Counted from the stretch's first letter, positions 10,384 through 23,139 are shown. The stretch is 64,000 bases of DNA from an uncultured Pseudomonadales bacterium (GCA_964398525.1 CAYNMS010000003.1:547-64546); one strand, 5' to 3'. Notes: generated by a model not told the origin, from the letters alone. Made by a program: numbers and translations.

Positions 10384-10809
10384 TTATGGGTTACACACGC
10401 AGTAATTAGGAAAATCCGGGTCTGAATCATTCTCTAATTGTGCACACAATGAATAACTCTTGCTAGCACCACCACAATCCGACGCGCTTGGGGAATCGTC
10501 ATAAGTATAGATATACGGTGAAACATTTCTAGGATCTTCTAAACTCGCGTTGGATAGATATCCATCCGAAACCAATCCGCCCACTACACCTTCAAATGTA
10601 GATCCCGAGGGATACACTCCATTGTCAATTCTCGCCAGTTCCATCGCCGCTCGTACCTGCTCCAAATCCGCTTTCCGTCTGGCATCCCGTGCGTTTCGAT
10701 TCGCTGTCCGATAAGAAACCAAACCAACGGCTGCCAAAAGTGCGGCAATGGTAGCCGCCACCAACATTTCTACCAGCGTAAACCCTTTTTTCTTTTTAGT
10801 CTGTCTCAT
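10384..10809 (-). CDS. type IV pilin with Cys-rich C-terminus
   Basis: KKG|FTLVEMLVAATIAAL; C-terminal CGGASKSYSLCAQLEN...YCVCNP. Confidence 0.75.
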   Translation of the reverse strand: MRQTKKKKGFTLVEMLVAATIAALLAAVGLVSYRTANRNARDARRKADLEQVRAAMELARIDNGVYPSGSTFEGVVGGLVSDGYLSNASLEDPRNVSPYIYTYDDSPSASDCGGASKSYSLCAQLENDSDPDFPNYCVCNP

Positions 10810-10834
10810 ATTTTATATCTCTTTTTTATATTCT

Positions 10835-11239
10835 TTATTGTTGGTTAACTACACAAAAATGATCCGTTCCACTGCCAAATGCACAATTTGCTCCTGAGTT
10901 ACCCGTTTCATTCTCCATTTCTGCGCAGGCACAATAAGTGTCCGTATCACTCGTACAAGTATAACTAAGAGTAGGTTTGGGGTCCGTAGGAATTCCACCT
11001 GGTAAAAATTCTGGGTCTTCCAAGCCTGCACAACTTGCCGGATATCCACCATTAGCCACATAATACTGCTCCATCGCGTTTTGTATCGACCTCATATCGC
11101 CTCTTCTGCTGGCATCCCTGGCTTTCTTTTGGGCTGTGGTATACGACACCGAACCCAAAGCCATAAGTATCGCGATTATCGACACCACTACCATTAGTTC
11201 CACCAAAGAAAACCCGCTTTTCCCTCTTCTCATTATCAC
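10835..11239 (-). CDS. type IV pilin paralog with Cys-rich C-terminus
   Basis: KSG|FSLVELMVVVSIIAIL; C-terminal YCACAEMENETG...CAFGSGTDHFC. Confidence 0.75.
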   Translation of the reverse strand: MIMRRGKSGFSLVELMVVVSIIAILMALGSVSYTTAQKKARDASRRGDMRSIQNAMEQYYVANGGYPASCAGLEDPEFLPGGIPTDPKPTLSYTCTSDTDTYCACAEMENETGNSGANCAFGSGTDHFCVVNQQ

Positions 11240-11351
11240 TCCCGAATTTTAGTAATTTAAATTAATCTTTCTAATTGCCTATACCATTTTTCACTCTTTT
11301 GCCTTCCCTGTCAATCGTTTAGACCAATTCAGCTTTTAAACCCAAATCAGC

Positions 11352-12158
11352 CTACAACAATTGGCCCACATACCATATCCACAAATTCTCTCCCCACAGC
11401 AAAGCCGCCACCAGTCCAATTATTAAAAAAGGTCCAAAGGGCACCTTTTGGCCAATTTTTCTTTTGCCACTCAAAATTAAGCTGCTGGCCACTACCCCGC
11501 CCACCACAAACGCCAAGAAAAACCCCACCAATCCTCTTGGGTAACCGAGTAAAAACCCCATGACTGGTGCAAACTTAACGTCCCCAAACCCCATGCCTTT
11601 TTCGCCCGTTACCTTGTACAAACCATAAAAAAACAAAAATGCCCCCAAGCCCACCACCAAAGATATCACCAAATCCATCGGCTTCATCGCCCCACTGGCT
11701 ACCAAAAACACCCGATAAACTATTGCCGCCACTGCTAATACCGCTACCGCCTCATCGGGAATGATCCCATAAAGTAGATCAGTAAAAAACACTAGTACCA
11801 ACACCAAACCAACCAGTAGCCAAAACAACGGTTGAATATAAGTCAAAGGCGCTTGAGTCAATCTAAAAAACGCCACCCCCAAACTAGCCCACCACACAAA
11901 CAAGAGTCCGGTTGTCAGTTCCACCAACGGGTAAGACGCATCAATTTTTTTCTTGCACGTTCTACACCGCCCCCTCAGTACCACATAAGAGAGTAGGGGA
12001 ATGTTCTCGTACCATGCCAGTTGCCGTTTGCATTTGTCACAAAAACTTCTGCCTTTATACGGGCTTATCCCATGCCATGTCCGGTAAATCAGCACATTGA
12101 CAAAGCTACCGACAGACAGCCCAAGCCAAAAAACCAGTAAAAGTAGCAACCAATTCAT
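11352..12158 (-). CDS. pilD: prepilin peptidase (A24 family)
   Basis: CDKCKRQL...CRTCKKKI zinc-binding tetracysteine motif, polytopic membrane protein. Confidence 0.85.
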   Translation of the reverse strand: MNWLLLLLVFWLGLSVGSFVNVLIYRTWHGISPYKGRSFCDKCKRQLAWYENIPLLSYVVLRGRCRTCKKKIDASYPLVELTTGLLFVWWASLGVAFFRLTQAPLTYIQPLFWLLVGLVLVLVFFTDLLYGIIPDEAVAVLAVAAIVYRVFLVASGAMKPMDLVISLVVGLGAFLFFYGLYKVTGEKGMGFGDVKFAPVMGFLLGYPRGLVGFFLAFVVGGVVASSLILSGKRKIGQKVPFGPFLIIGLVAALLWGENLWIWYVGQLL

Positions 12159-12223
12159 CTCTTAACCCTATCATAGTTCTAAGTCTTTTCTCAATAGATG
12201 AGCCTAATTTTTTCCTCATCTTT

Positions 12224-12252
12224 CAACAAAAAGCGGCCGCCCCATGGCAGCC
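12224..12252 (-). terminator. intrinsic terminator downstream of the first pilin gene
   Basis: on minus strand AGCGGC-TGCCATGGGGCG-GCCGCT followed by TTTTTGTTG. Confidence 0.45.
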
Positions 12253-12276
12253 GCTATACTTATATCTAATTTAACT

Positions 12277-12837
12277 TTACGGTAGACAAATTAACTCTGC
12301 ACCAGCTACACAGTTAACAGCCTGATTTGGTGTTTCACCGTCAGCACATTTTTTCTCTGCCTCCAGTGTAAATTGTTTAGACCTGGGCCTAAAACAGGCA
12401 TACACAGTGGCCGGTACTCCACCGACATCAGCGGCTTTGTCCATTGTGATCTCTAAATCTGTATGCAGCCGGTCTACGAACTGTTGTTTAACTTCAGCAG
12501 TGTCAGCCAGAAGTTGCAACCAGTCGCCTGGAGTGTCAATGTCCGCCGGGTCTGTAATGTTTACAGCGATCGTAGGCAAGGTTTCAGTGCCACCATTTAC
12601 AGAGGCCTCGTTCCAAGGATAAATCTCCTGAATCGCATAATATCTGTCAATGGCATTTAAAAGCTGAGCCGCATCGCTCCTGGTTCTAGTATCTCGGCCT
12701 TTATTTACCTGCTCGATCGGATTAATCGAACTAAGCACCGCCACGGCCAAAACGCCAATCACCGCAATCACCACGAGTAGCTCAATCATGGTAAAACCGG
12801 CTCTGCCGCGGCCCGTTAATAATTTGGGCAGTTTCAT
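12277..12837 (-). CDS. type IV pilin (candidate major pilin)
   Basis: RAG|FTMIELLVVIAVIGVLAV; first gene after pilC and followed by terminator. Confidence 0.75.
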   Translation of the reverse strand: MKLPKLLTGRGRAGFTMIELLVVIAVIGVLAVAVLSSINPIEQVNKGRDTRTRSDAAQLLNAIDRYYAIQEIYPWNEASVNGGTETLPTIAVNITDPADIDTPGDWLQLLADTAEVKQQFVDRLHTDLEITMDKAADVGGVPATVYACFRPRSKQFTLEAEKKCADGETPNQAVNCVAGAELICLP

Positions 12838-12870
12838 ATCAACTCCTACATTTTTAATAAGTTTTTAATG

Positions 12871-14079
12871 TTAAAACTGACTGGTTAATTGGTAGATCGG
12901 CATGATGATGGAAATTACTAAAAAGCCGACTCCCAGGCCAAGTACAATCATTATGATTGGCTCCAGAGCGGTTGTCAAGTTCTTGACTGTATGCTCACTT
13001 TCTACTTCAAAATAGTTAGCCACTTTCATCAACACTTCGTCCATTTTCCCTGTTTCCTCCCCGACCGCCACCATATTTGGTAGTAGTGGTGGAAACACGT
13101 TGGCTCGCGCCAGTGTTACCGACAAAGGCATACCTTTTTTCACTTGTCTCATGCTCTCATCAATCGCCTCTTCATAGACCTTATTGCCCAATACACCTCC
13201 TACTATCTCCAACGCATCCAGTAGTGAGATTCCCGCCCCTACCAGCAAACTCAAGGTTCTAGCCATCTCGGCTAAAACTATTTCACTCTGAAGTTTTCCA
13301 AACACCGGCAATTTAAGTACAAAAGTATCAAAATGTTTTCGCCCTACCGGTGTACTTTTCCAGTAGAAAAATCCTGCTCCCGCCAAAACGCTTCCCAATA
13401 ACATTACCGGCCACAGTGTTTGAAACATGTTGCTCACTGCAATCAACAATTGAGTCATCCACGGCAAGTCAGCATCAAAGTCCTGGTACATATCCGACAG
13501 TTTTGGTATTACAAACACCATCATCACAATTGTCACTGCAATCATGCCAATTACCACAATCACTGGATATATTAATGCTCCCTTCACTTTTCCTTTAAAT
13601 TCCTTTTGTTTTTCCAAATTATCTGCCAATCGTTTCAGCACCTCATCCAAAGCTCCAGAAGCCTCTCCTGCCCGAATCAAACTCACATACACTCCACTAA
13701 ACACTTGAGACTGCTTATCCATTGCATCCGCCAACGTGTTCCCGCCTTGCACTTCTCTTAAAATCTCACTAATCACTCTCGACATGGCTGGTCGGCTTTG
13801 CATTTCCAAAACGCTCAATGCCTCCGTCAACGCCAGCCCCGAGGCCACCATTGTCGAAAATTGTCGGGTAAACGCGACAATATCATCTCCACTAACCTTC
13901 TGCATCATGGTCGAGGTTTTCCCTATCACTCCACTCACCTCATTCACTGGTTTAATCTCCACCACTACCATCCCTTTTTCTCTAAGTACTCCCAGTGCGC
14001 TGGCTAAATCTCTCGCTTCAACCTTACCTTTGGCGTCTTTACCATCTTTAGTTTTTGCCTTGTATTCAAATCGCTCCAC
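12871..14079 (-). CDS. pilC: type IV pilus platform protein PilC (GspF family)
   Basis: 402 aa, duplicated GspF-like domains, 3 TM. Confidence 0.9.
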   Translation of the reverse strand: MERFEYKAKTKDGKDAKGKVEARDLASALGVLREKGMVVVEIKPVNEVSGVIGKTSTMMQKVSGDDIVAFTRQFSTMVASGLALTEALSVLEMQSRPAMSRVISEILREVQGGNTLADAMDKQSQVFSGVYVSLIRAGEASGALDEVLKRLADNLEKQKEFKGKVKGALIYPVIVVIGMIAVTIVMMVFVIPKLSDMYQDFDADLPWMTQLLIAVSNMFQTLWPVMLLGSVLAGAGFFYWKSTPVGRKHFDTFVLKLPVFGKLQSEIVLAEMARTLSLLVGAGISLLDALEIVGGVLGNKVYEEAIDESMRQVKKGMPLSVTLARANVFPPLLPNMVAVGEETGKMDEVLMKVANYFEVESEHTVKNLTTALEPIIMIVLGLGVGFLVISIIMPIYQLTSQF

Positions 14080-14081
14080 GC

Positions 14082-15143
14082 CTAGCCCTCCTTTTTAAGT
14101 AGCCGCATCAGTTCTTCAGGTCTTATCGCAAATTCTCGCGCCTTCTCCATACTTACTACACCCGACTTCACCCAATATGCCAGTGAGGTTTCCATAGTCA
14201 TCATCCCCAAAGCTGCCGAGGTTTGAATAATGTTATCAATCTGATAACTCTTCCCGTCTCTGATACTGCTTCTTACCGCACTACTGGCCAACATGATTTC
14301 AATCGCGGGCACCCGGCCCCCATTTATCGCCGGCACCAATCTTTGGGCAAACACAGCCTCCAATGACATAGCCAGTTGGTTTCTCACTTGTGCCTGCTGT
14401 TCCTCTGGAAACACATCAATAATTCTGTCGACAGTTTGGGCGGCACTGTTGGTGTGAAGGGTGGCAAACACCAAATGTCCCGTTTCCGCTGTGGTCAAAG
14501 CCGCCGCTATTGTTTCAAAGTCCCGCATTTCTCCCACTAGCACTACATTCGGGTCCTCTCTTAAAACCGACTTCAAGGCAAAATTCCACCCCAGAGTATC
14601 ATCACCCAGTTCCCTCTGAGAAATAATGCTTTTCTTGGGTTCATACACGTATTCGATCGGGTCTTCTATGGTAATAATGTGTTCCGAGCGTGATTGGTTT
14701 ATCTCCTCAATCATAGCCGCCAGTGAAGTCGATTTTCCCGAACCCGTCGGTCCAGTCACCAACACAAACCCTTGTTTAAGTTGAGTTATCTGATGACACA
14801 CCGCCGGTAACTTCAGCTCATCCATAGTCGAAATTTTGCTGTTAAGCATTCTCATTGCCGTAGCCACACCACCCTGCTGCTGATAAACATTTATCCTAAA
14901 CCTAACTTTGCCTTCATATGCATATGAAAAATCTAACTCTTTTTTCTCTTCAAACTTAGTTTTTTGCTCTGGTGTCAGAATTGAATAAATTAATTCCTTA
15001 GCTAAATCATCGCTCATCGGACCATCGGTTATGGCCATCAACTCACCGTGTACTCTTATCATTGCTTTATTTCCCGGCACCAAATGCAAGTCACTTGATT
15101 CCTGCTCAATCATCAACTCAATCATTTCTTTCAACTGCATCAT
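14082..15143 (-). CDS. pilT: twitching motility/retraction ATPase PilT
   Basis: 353 aa, Walker A GPTGSGKST, PilT-like N-terminus SDLHLVPG. Confidence 0.9.
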   Translation of the reverse strand: MMQLKEMIELMIEQESSDLHLVPGNKAMIRVHGELMAITDGPMSDDLAKELIYSILTPEQKTKFEEKKELDFSYAYEGKVRFRINVYQQQGGVATAMRMLNSKISTMDELKLPAVCHQITQLKQGFVLVTGPTGSGKSTSLAAMIEEINQSRSEHIITIEDPIEYVYEPKKSIISQRELGDDTLGWNFALKSVLREDPNVVLVGEMRDFETIAAALTTAETGHLVFATLHTNSAAQTVDRIIDVFPEEQQAQVRNQLAMSLEAVFAQRLVPAINGGRVPAIEIMLASSAVRSSIRDGKSYQIDNIIQTSAALGMMTMETSLAYWVKSGVVSMEKAREFAIRPEELMRLLKKEG

Positions 15144-15186
15144 TTCTCCTTTATTTCATTTAAGCTTACTTTTACTTTTTTAGCTA

Positions 15187-17040
15187 CTAAATCTCCGCAA
15201 CTCTCAAAATCTCCTCTAGCGTAGTAATTCCTTCCAACGCCTTTAAATATCCGTCTTGCTTCATCAAAATCATCCCTTCACTAATGGCAATTTTTTCAAT
15301 CTCGGCTGCCGGCGCATTCTCTACAATCAATCTGGCTATTTTTTCTCCAACAGGTAAGACTTCAAAAATTCCAACCCTTCCCAAATATCCCGTATCACCA
15401 CAAGCCGAACACCCTTTTCCTTTATAAAACCTCAGGTCTTGCAAAGTTTTATTCTGACTTTTAAGCAAACCTTCCAGTATCGGACCTAAAACTTTTTGAA
15501 TATCTGACAACACTTCCGGCTCAAGCACCACCTCTTCCCGGCAATGGCTACAAATTTTCCTGGCCACACGCTGAGCAACCACACATGTCATTGAAGAAGC
15601 CAACAAAAACGGTTCCGCATCCATATCGACTAGTCTAGGCAGAGCTCCAGCCGCATTGTTGGTGTGCAGTGTCGAGAACACCAAGTGACCAGTCAGCGAA
15701 GCCTGTACCGCCAACTCTGCCGTTTCTTTATCCCGCACTTCTCCCACCATGATAATATTCGGATCTTGCCTTAAAAAGCTTCGCATACCCGAGGCAAATG
15801 TCAATCCGGCTTGTGGGTTTATCTGGACTTGGTTTACCCCAGGCATCTCATACTCCACTGGATCTTCCAAAGTCATGATATTAACCCTGGGAGTGTTGAT
15901 CTTATTTAAAATCGAATACAATGTTGTCGTTTTTCCCGAACCGGTTGGCCCAGTAATCAAAATAATCCCGTGAGGTACTTCAACAGACCGTTCCAAGTTT
16001 TGCAAAGCTCTTCCTCTCAAACCCAATTCCGGTAATGTCGGAACCTTCCCAGATTTTTTTAGCAACCTCATCACCACTTTTTCACCGTGAACAGTCGGCA
16101 AGGTAGAAATACGCAAATCCACCTCTTCTCCTGATACTTTAAACGAAAACCTGCCATCCTGAGGTGTTCTTTTTTCATCAATCTTCATTTGAGCCAATAT
16201 CTTTATCCGGCTCACCACACTCCCGTGTACTTCTCTAGGTAACACAAGTTTTTCATGCAAAATACCATCAATTCTGTATCTTACTCTGGTTCTGGTTTCT
16301 TGTGGTTCTATGTGAATATCGCTGGCTCTTGCCTTCATAGCAAAAGTTAAAATCGTCTCCACAATTTTAGCTACAGGTGCTTCTCTGATTACCTGCCCCA
16401 GCTCCGTCACATCCACCACGCGCTTTTCCGGCGCACTCACATCTTTAAGGGCTTCAACCACCTCACTCGACAAACTTTGAGCGTATTTCTCCCTAATTGC
16501 CAAGGTTAGTTCACTCCCGCTTGCCAAATAGGGGATTATCCTCATTCCACTTTTCTTCTCGACAAATTCTATCGCCGTCAAATCCAGTGGATTCGCCATC
16601 GCAACCGACAGCGAATTATTAGTTTTATCTATAGCAAAAGGAAAAATTTGGTACCTCTTGGCCACACTCTCATGAAGGAGAGACAATGCCTCGGGAGAAG
16701 CACCCACTTCAGAAGGCTTAATATAGGGAACATTTAAAAGTTCAGCCTTAGCCTTGGCCAAAGTCTCTTCATCAACAAATTTCTTTTCCGCTAAAATTTG
16801 CTCCGTTACTTTTCCCGTAGACACTGCCTCAAGCTTCACTTCATCATATCGGACCTGATCTATTTGACCCCAGGCAAGCAAGACGTCCAATACACTCCTG
16901 TGACCATCATTATAATTACCAGACATGTTAGGATTCACCGGACTCGTACCTTGAGGAGGATTTGTTGTAGGGGCTTGGGCAGTTTGATCCATAATTTCGA
17001 AAAAACGTTTAAGGTCGCCACCTAAATCCAAGTTTACCAA
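15187..17040 (-). CDS. pilB: type IV pilus assembly ATPase PilB (GspE family)
   Basis: 617 aa, GspII_E N-domain, Walker A GPTGSGKTT, tetracysteine CSHC...CSAC. Confidence 0.9.
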   Translation of the reverse strand: MVNLDLGGDLKRFFEIMDQTAQAPTTNPPQGTSPVNPNMSGNYNDGHRSVLDVLLAWGQIDQVRYDEVKLEAVSTGKVTEQILAEKKFVDEETLAKAKAELLNVPYIKPSEVGASPEALSLLHESVAKRYQIFPFAIDKTNNSLSVAMANPLDLTAIEFVEKKSGMRIIPYLASGSELTLAIREKYAQSLSSEVVEALKDVSAPEKRVVDVTELGQVIREAPVAKIVETILTFAMKARASDIHIEPQETRTRVRYRIDGILHEKLVLPREVHGSVVSRIKILAQMKIDEKRTPQDGRFSFKVSGEEVDLRISTLPTVHGEKVVMRLLKKSGKVPTLPELGLRGRALQNLERSVEVPHGIILITGPTGSGKTTTLYSILNKINTPRVNIMTLEDPVEYEMPGVNQVQINPQAGLTFASGMRSFLRQDPNIIMVGEVRDKETAELAVQASLTGHLVFSTLHTNNAAGALPRLVDMDAEPFLLASSMTCVVAQRVARKICSHCREEVVLEPEVLSDIQKVLGPILEGLLKSQNKTLQDLRFYKGKGCSACGDTGYLGRVGIFEVLPVGEKIARLIVENAPAAEIEKIAISEGMILMKQDGYLKALEGITTLEEILRVAEI

Positions 17041-17116
17041 TCTTAGTTATTTATGTTACCAATACTCCACCAATAACCAAGTTAAGCTTTTTGGCTTTAA
17101 TGCTAATATACCTATC

Positions 17117-17782
17117 ATGGACTCAAAACACCAGACTGATTCTCCTGCAATCATCCTGTCAGTTTCATCCCACTCTGCCAATGATCGTCTCAATCAAGTT
17201 GAAACTCTCTCCGCGCTCTCCCTCAAAAAACCCTCAACTGATGTTTTAATCATAGGCGATTTAGATTCCAGTCTTGGCATCGAGGAGACCAGGAGTCTCA
17301 AGCAATTTTTCACCACCACCCCCGCATCAGACTATAAAGTCGCCGTCCTGCTGTTTGCCGAGAATCTCACTCTACCGGCCCAAAACAGCCTGCTCAGGCT
17401 TCTTGAAGAGCCGCCTTCATTTGCCCAAATTTTTCTTGTCACCGCCAACCCATATTCCCTCCTACCCACTATCCGCTCCCGTTGTCAGCATCACTTCGCC
17501 CCGAATACTCAATCCAGTCCCTCTACCCTCCCAAATTTTAACGACCTTTCCTCTGCCGGCTCTCGCTTATTCGCCAGTGATCAATGTTCTTCTCGTCAAA
17601 CAGGCCTTGATTTAGTTGTCTCCTGTATCAACCATTTTCGCGCTCAACTCAAAAATAATCCCAACCCCTCCGCCCTTTACAATCTCACTTTAAGCCTCTT
17701 TACCCGCAATCTTCTCTTAAAAAACATCAACCCAAAATTGGCTCTCGATTATTTCTTCCTTCACTTAAAACCCCTTAAATAG
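17117..17782 (+). CDS. holB: DNA polymerase III delta-prime-like clamp-loader subunit (short, no P-loop)
   Basis: LLRLLEEPP and TIRSRCQ (SRC) motifs; no Walker A. Confidence 0.55.
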   Translation: MDSKHQTDSPAIILSVSSHSANDRLNQVETLSALSLKKPSTDVLIIGDLDSSLGIEETRSLKQFFTTTPASDYKVAVLLFAENLTLPAQNSLLRLLEEPPSFAQIFLVTANPYSLLPTIRSRCQHHFAPNTQSSPSTLPNFNDLSSAGSRLFASDQCSSRQTGLDLVVSCINHFRAQLKNNPNPSALYNLTLSLFTRNLLLKNINPKLALDYFFLHLKPLK

Positions 17783-17900
17783 TTCCAGGGGTAGAACGCA
17801 CCAAAACCCGACGAAACTTATTTTTGGATACCACTTTGGGTTGGCGGCTGTTTTTTCATTTGTCAACTATGGACTCATTCTAACGCCTCTGTTACAATGA

Positions 17901-19871
<1,971 letters not shown>

Positions 19872-19890
19872 TTTTAATTAAAGGAGACCC

Positions 19891-20373
19891 ATGTCCTTCA
19901 AAGTTCTCATCGAAATCCCCGAAAGTTCAGCTATTAAATATGAGCTCGATGAAGACACTGGCGAAATGACTGTCGATCGAGTCATGCCCACCGCCATGCG
20001 CTTTCCCTTTTCATACGGGTTAATTCAAGGCACTCATGGCCTCGATGGAGACGCCCTGGATGCAATCGTCTTCTTATCCCAATCAGTCGTTCCTGGTGTT
20101 GTTGTTAAGTGTCACCCCATCGGCATGCTCGAGATGAAAGACGAGGGCGGCATTGATCACAAAATCGTCATGGTCCCCGATGCCAAAATCGATCACGTCT
20201 GTGGTGTTTGGCAGTCACTCGACGATGTTCCTCAAGCCAGAAAAGATCAAATCCGTCACTTCTTCGAACACTACAAAGACCTCGAACCGGGCAAGTGGGT
20301 CAAACTCAAAGATTGGCAGCCTGTTGAGGCCGCTCAAAAAGTCATCGAGGCTGCTCAAAACAGAAAAAAATAG
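19891..20373 (+). CDS. ppa: inorganic pyrophosphatase (family I)
   Basis: 160 aa, IEIPESSAIKYELDEDTGEMTVDRV...FPFSYGLI. Confidence 0.9.
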   Translation: MSFKVLIEIPESSAIKYELDEDTGEMTVDRVMPTAMRFPFSYGLIQGTHGLDGDALDAIVFLSQSVVPGVVVKCHPIGMLEMKDEGGIDHKIVMVPDAKIDHVCGVWQSLDDVPQARKDQIRHFFEHYKDLEPGKWVKLKDWQPVEAAQKVIEAAQNRKK

Positions 20374-20418
20374 TTTTCTACCCAATTTATCTGCCTAGTC
20401 ATTTAGTTATTTGTCATT

Positions 20419-23115
20419 ATGGACAACAAAGATAAGCCCCAAGACATTCCTGAAGAACTGGAACTTTCCCCGGAAAGCGAAGTCGAGGAATTGCCCGAAA
20501 TCTATCAAAACCGTTTCGGTACTATCATTCCCACCTCCATGGTTGAAGAACTGGAGAAATCCTACCTCGACTATGCCATGAGCGTGATTGTTTCCCGTGC
20601 GCTTCCTGATGTGCGTGACGGACTTAAACCTGTTCACCGACGCATTCTCTTTGCCATGAAAGATATGGGCATTACCCACAACGCCTCTTACAAAAAATCA
20701 GCACGTATAGTCGGAGAGGTTTTGGGTAAATATCACCCTCATGGTGACACGGCTGTCTACGATGCCCTCGTGCGATTAGCTCAAGATTTCTCCATGCGCT
20801 ACCCTTTAATCGACGGCCAAGGTAACTTTGGCTCCGTCGACGGCGATTCGGCAGCTGCCATGCGCTACACCGAAGCTCGCTTGGCTGCGATAACCGAGGA
20901 ACTCCTGGTAGATCTGGACAAAAAGACTGTTGATTTTATCGAAAACTTCGATGGTTCTCAGGAAGAGCCAACCGTTCTTCCAGCCAAACTTCCCAATCTG
21001 CTTCTCATGGGTGGAGACGGTATTGCCGTGGGTATGGCTACCAAAATTCCACCTCACAATCTGGGTGAAATCGTCGATGCCGTCAATGTCATGATCTCTC
21101 AAGGCTCCTCTCCCGCAAGTTCTCTAGCTCAAGCTGAACCCAAAATCCTCAATAAAGACGAAGCCTTTTTGGAATCCTGTGACCCCGCACTCCTGGTTGG
21201 TGAGTTTTCCTCTACCGCCACAACTGACGATCTATTGGAACACATTCAAGGCCCAGATTTCCCCACCGGCGGCATAATTTACGACTGGACTGCCATCAAA
21301 GATGTCTATGCCACCGGCAAGGGTAGGGTAGTGACTCGGGCTAAAGCCGAAATTACCGAAAACAAATCCGGTCGTTTCCAAATCATCGTTACCGAATTAC
21401 CTTACCAAGTCAACAAAGCCAAACTCATCACCAAAATCGCCGATTTAGTCAAAAACAAAAAGATAACCGGCATCAGCAATTTGCGTGACGAGTCTGACCG
21501 ACAAGGCCTAAGGGTCGTGGTTGACCTCAAAAAAGATTCTCGGCCTAAATCTGTCTTAAACAACCTTTACAAATACACTCAACTTCAAGACACTTTTTCG
21601 GCCAATATTGTCGCTCTCAACCCCGAAGGTGCCCCTCAAGTAATGAACCTCAAGACCATCTTAGGTCACTACATTGTTCACCGCCAATTCGTCGTCACCA
21701 GACGAGCCCAAAACGAACTGCGCGTCAATCGTGCTCGAGCCCACATTTTAGAAGGTCTACTTATTGCTCTCGACCACCTAGATGAAGTTATTAACACCAT
21801 TAGAAATTCTCCAGATGTTGACACTGCCCGCGCTCGTTTAATGGAAAAGTTCGAACTCTCTGAAATCCAGGCCACCGCTATTTTAGACATGCAACTAAGA
21901 CGTCTTGCCGCTCTGGAACGTAAAAAGATCGAAGAAGAATACGCTCAAATTCAGGCTATGATCAAAGACTTAGTTGGCCTTTTAACCGACACCACCAAAA
22001 TTCTTGCCCTTATTCAAACCGAACTCAACTCTCTTAAAGAAAAGTATGCTGATCCCCGTCGCACCCGGCTGGTTAAAAGTAAAATTGGCGACTTTAGTGA
22101 AGAAGATCTAATTGCTCCAGAGGACAACATCATTGCCGTAACTAAAACCGGCTATATCAAACGCATGCCCTTATCTACTTATCGATCCCAACGCCGTGGC
22201 GGCCAAGGCGTCACCGGCATGGCCACCAAAGAAGAAGATAGTCTAAGTTATCTTTTAACCGCCAACACTCACGACAATATGCTGATTTTCACCAGCGCGG
22301 GTAAAGTCTTTAAACTCAAAGTCTATGAAGTTCCCGAAGGCTCGCGCCAATCCAAAGGTCAAGCTATCATCAACCTCATTAATATCGACCAAAACGAGCA
22401 AGTCAGAGCCATTGTCACCACCTCAGACAAACTGGAAGAAAATCCCGACAAATTTATCACTCTTGCCACCAAATTTGGTCAAGTCAAACGCACATCACTC
22501 CAAGAATATCAAAACATTAGAAGTAGCGGCATTATTTCCATCACCTTAAAAGGGGATGACGAACTTGTATGGGGTGATCTCACCAATGGCGACGATCACT
22601 TGATTATGATTTCCTATCACGGCAAGTCAATTCGCTTCAAAGAATCCGATGTTCGCCCAACTGCCCGAGACACTCAAGGTGTGAGAGGCATCTCTCTTCA
22701 AAAAGGTGATTATCTTATCGCCGCCGAAGCCATGCGCCCCACGCTTCCAGAACCGGAAGATAGACGTCGCAAATACTTCAGAGATCTCCTCCTCATCACC
22801 GAAAAAGGCATCGGCAAACGCACCCCCACCGATCAGTATCCCCTCCAAAATCGCGGTGGCCAAGGTGTCAAAGTCGCCACTCTGTCGAGTAAAACCGGCA
22901 ATGTTGCCACTGCCAAAATCGTTAATCAAGAAGACGAACAAGTCGTCATCACCACCACCAAAGCCCAAGTCATCAAACTACCTCTAAAAAACATTCCTCA
23001 GCTGAAAAGACCAACTCAGGGAGTGATCCTTATGCGCCTAGGCAAAAATAACGACCAGGTTTCCGCTGCCGCCACCATTCAAACCCAAGACGAAGAAACA
23101 GATCTTGCCGTCTAA
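20419..23115 (+). CDS. gyrA: DNA gyrase subunit A
   Basis: [25 protein letters not shown] (catalytic Tyr), GyrA beta-pinwheel C-terminus. Confidence 0.9.
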   Translation: MDNKDKPQDIPEELELSPESEVEELPEIYQNRFGTIIPTSMVEELEKSYLDYAMSVIVSRALPDVRDGLKPVHRRILFAMKDMGITHNASYKKSARIVGEVLGKYHPHGDTAVYDALVRLAQDFSMRYPLIDGQGNFGSVDGDSAAAMRYTEARLAAITEELLVDLDKKTVDFIENFDGSQEEPTVLPAKLPNLLLMGGDGIAVGMATKIPPHNLGEIVDAVNVMISQGSSPASSLAQAEPKILNKDEAFLESCDPALLVGEFSSTATTDDLLEHIQGPDFPTGGIIYDWTAIKDVYATGKGRVVTRAKAEITENKSGRFQIIVTELPYQVNKAKLITKIADLVKNKKITGISNLRDESDRQGLRVVVDLKKDSRPKSVLNNLYKYTQLQDTFSANIVALNPEGAPQVMNLKTILGHYIVHRQFVVTRRAQNELRVNRARAHILEGLLIALDHLDEVINTIRNSPDVDTARARLMEKFELSEIQATAILDMQLRRLAALERKKIEEEYAQIQAMIKDLVGLLTDTTKILALIQTELNSLKEKYADPRRTRLVKSKIGDFSEEDLIAPEDNIIAVTKTGYIKRMPLSTYRSQRRGGQGVTGMATKEEDSLSYLLTANTHDNMLIFTSAGKVFKLKVYEVPEGSRQSKGQAIINLINIDQNEQVRAIVTTSDKLEENPDKFITLATKFGQVKRTSLQEYQNIRSSGIISITLKGDDELVWGDLTNGDDHLIMISYHGKSIRFKESDVRPTARDTQGVRGISLQKGDYLIAAEAMRPTLPEPEDRRRKYFRDLLLITEKGIGKRTPTDQYPLQNRGGQGVKVATLSSKTGNVATAKIVNQEDEQVVITTTKAQVIKLPLKNIPQLKRPTQGVILMRLGKNNDQVSAAATIQTQDEETDLAV

Positions 23116-23139
23116 ACACATACAGTAGATAATCAACTT

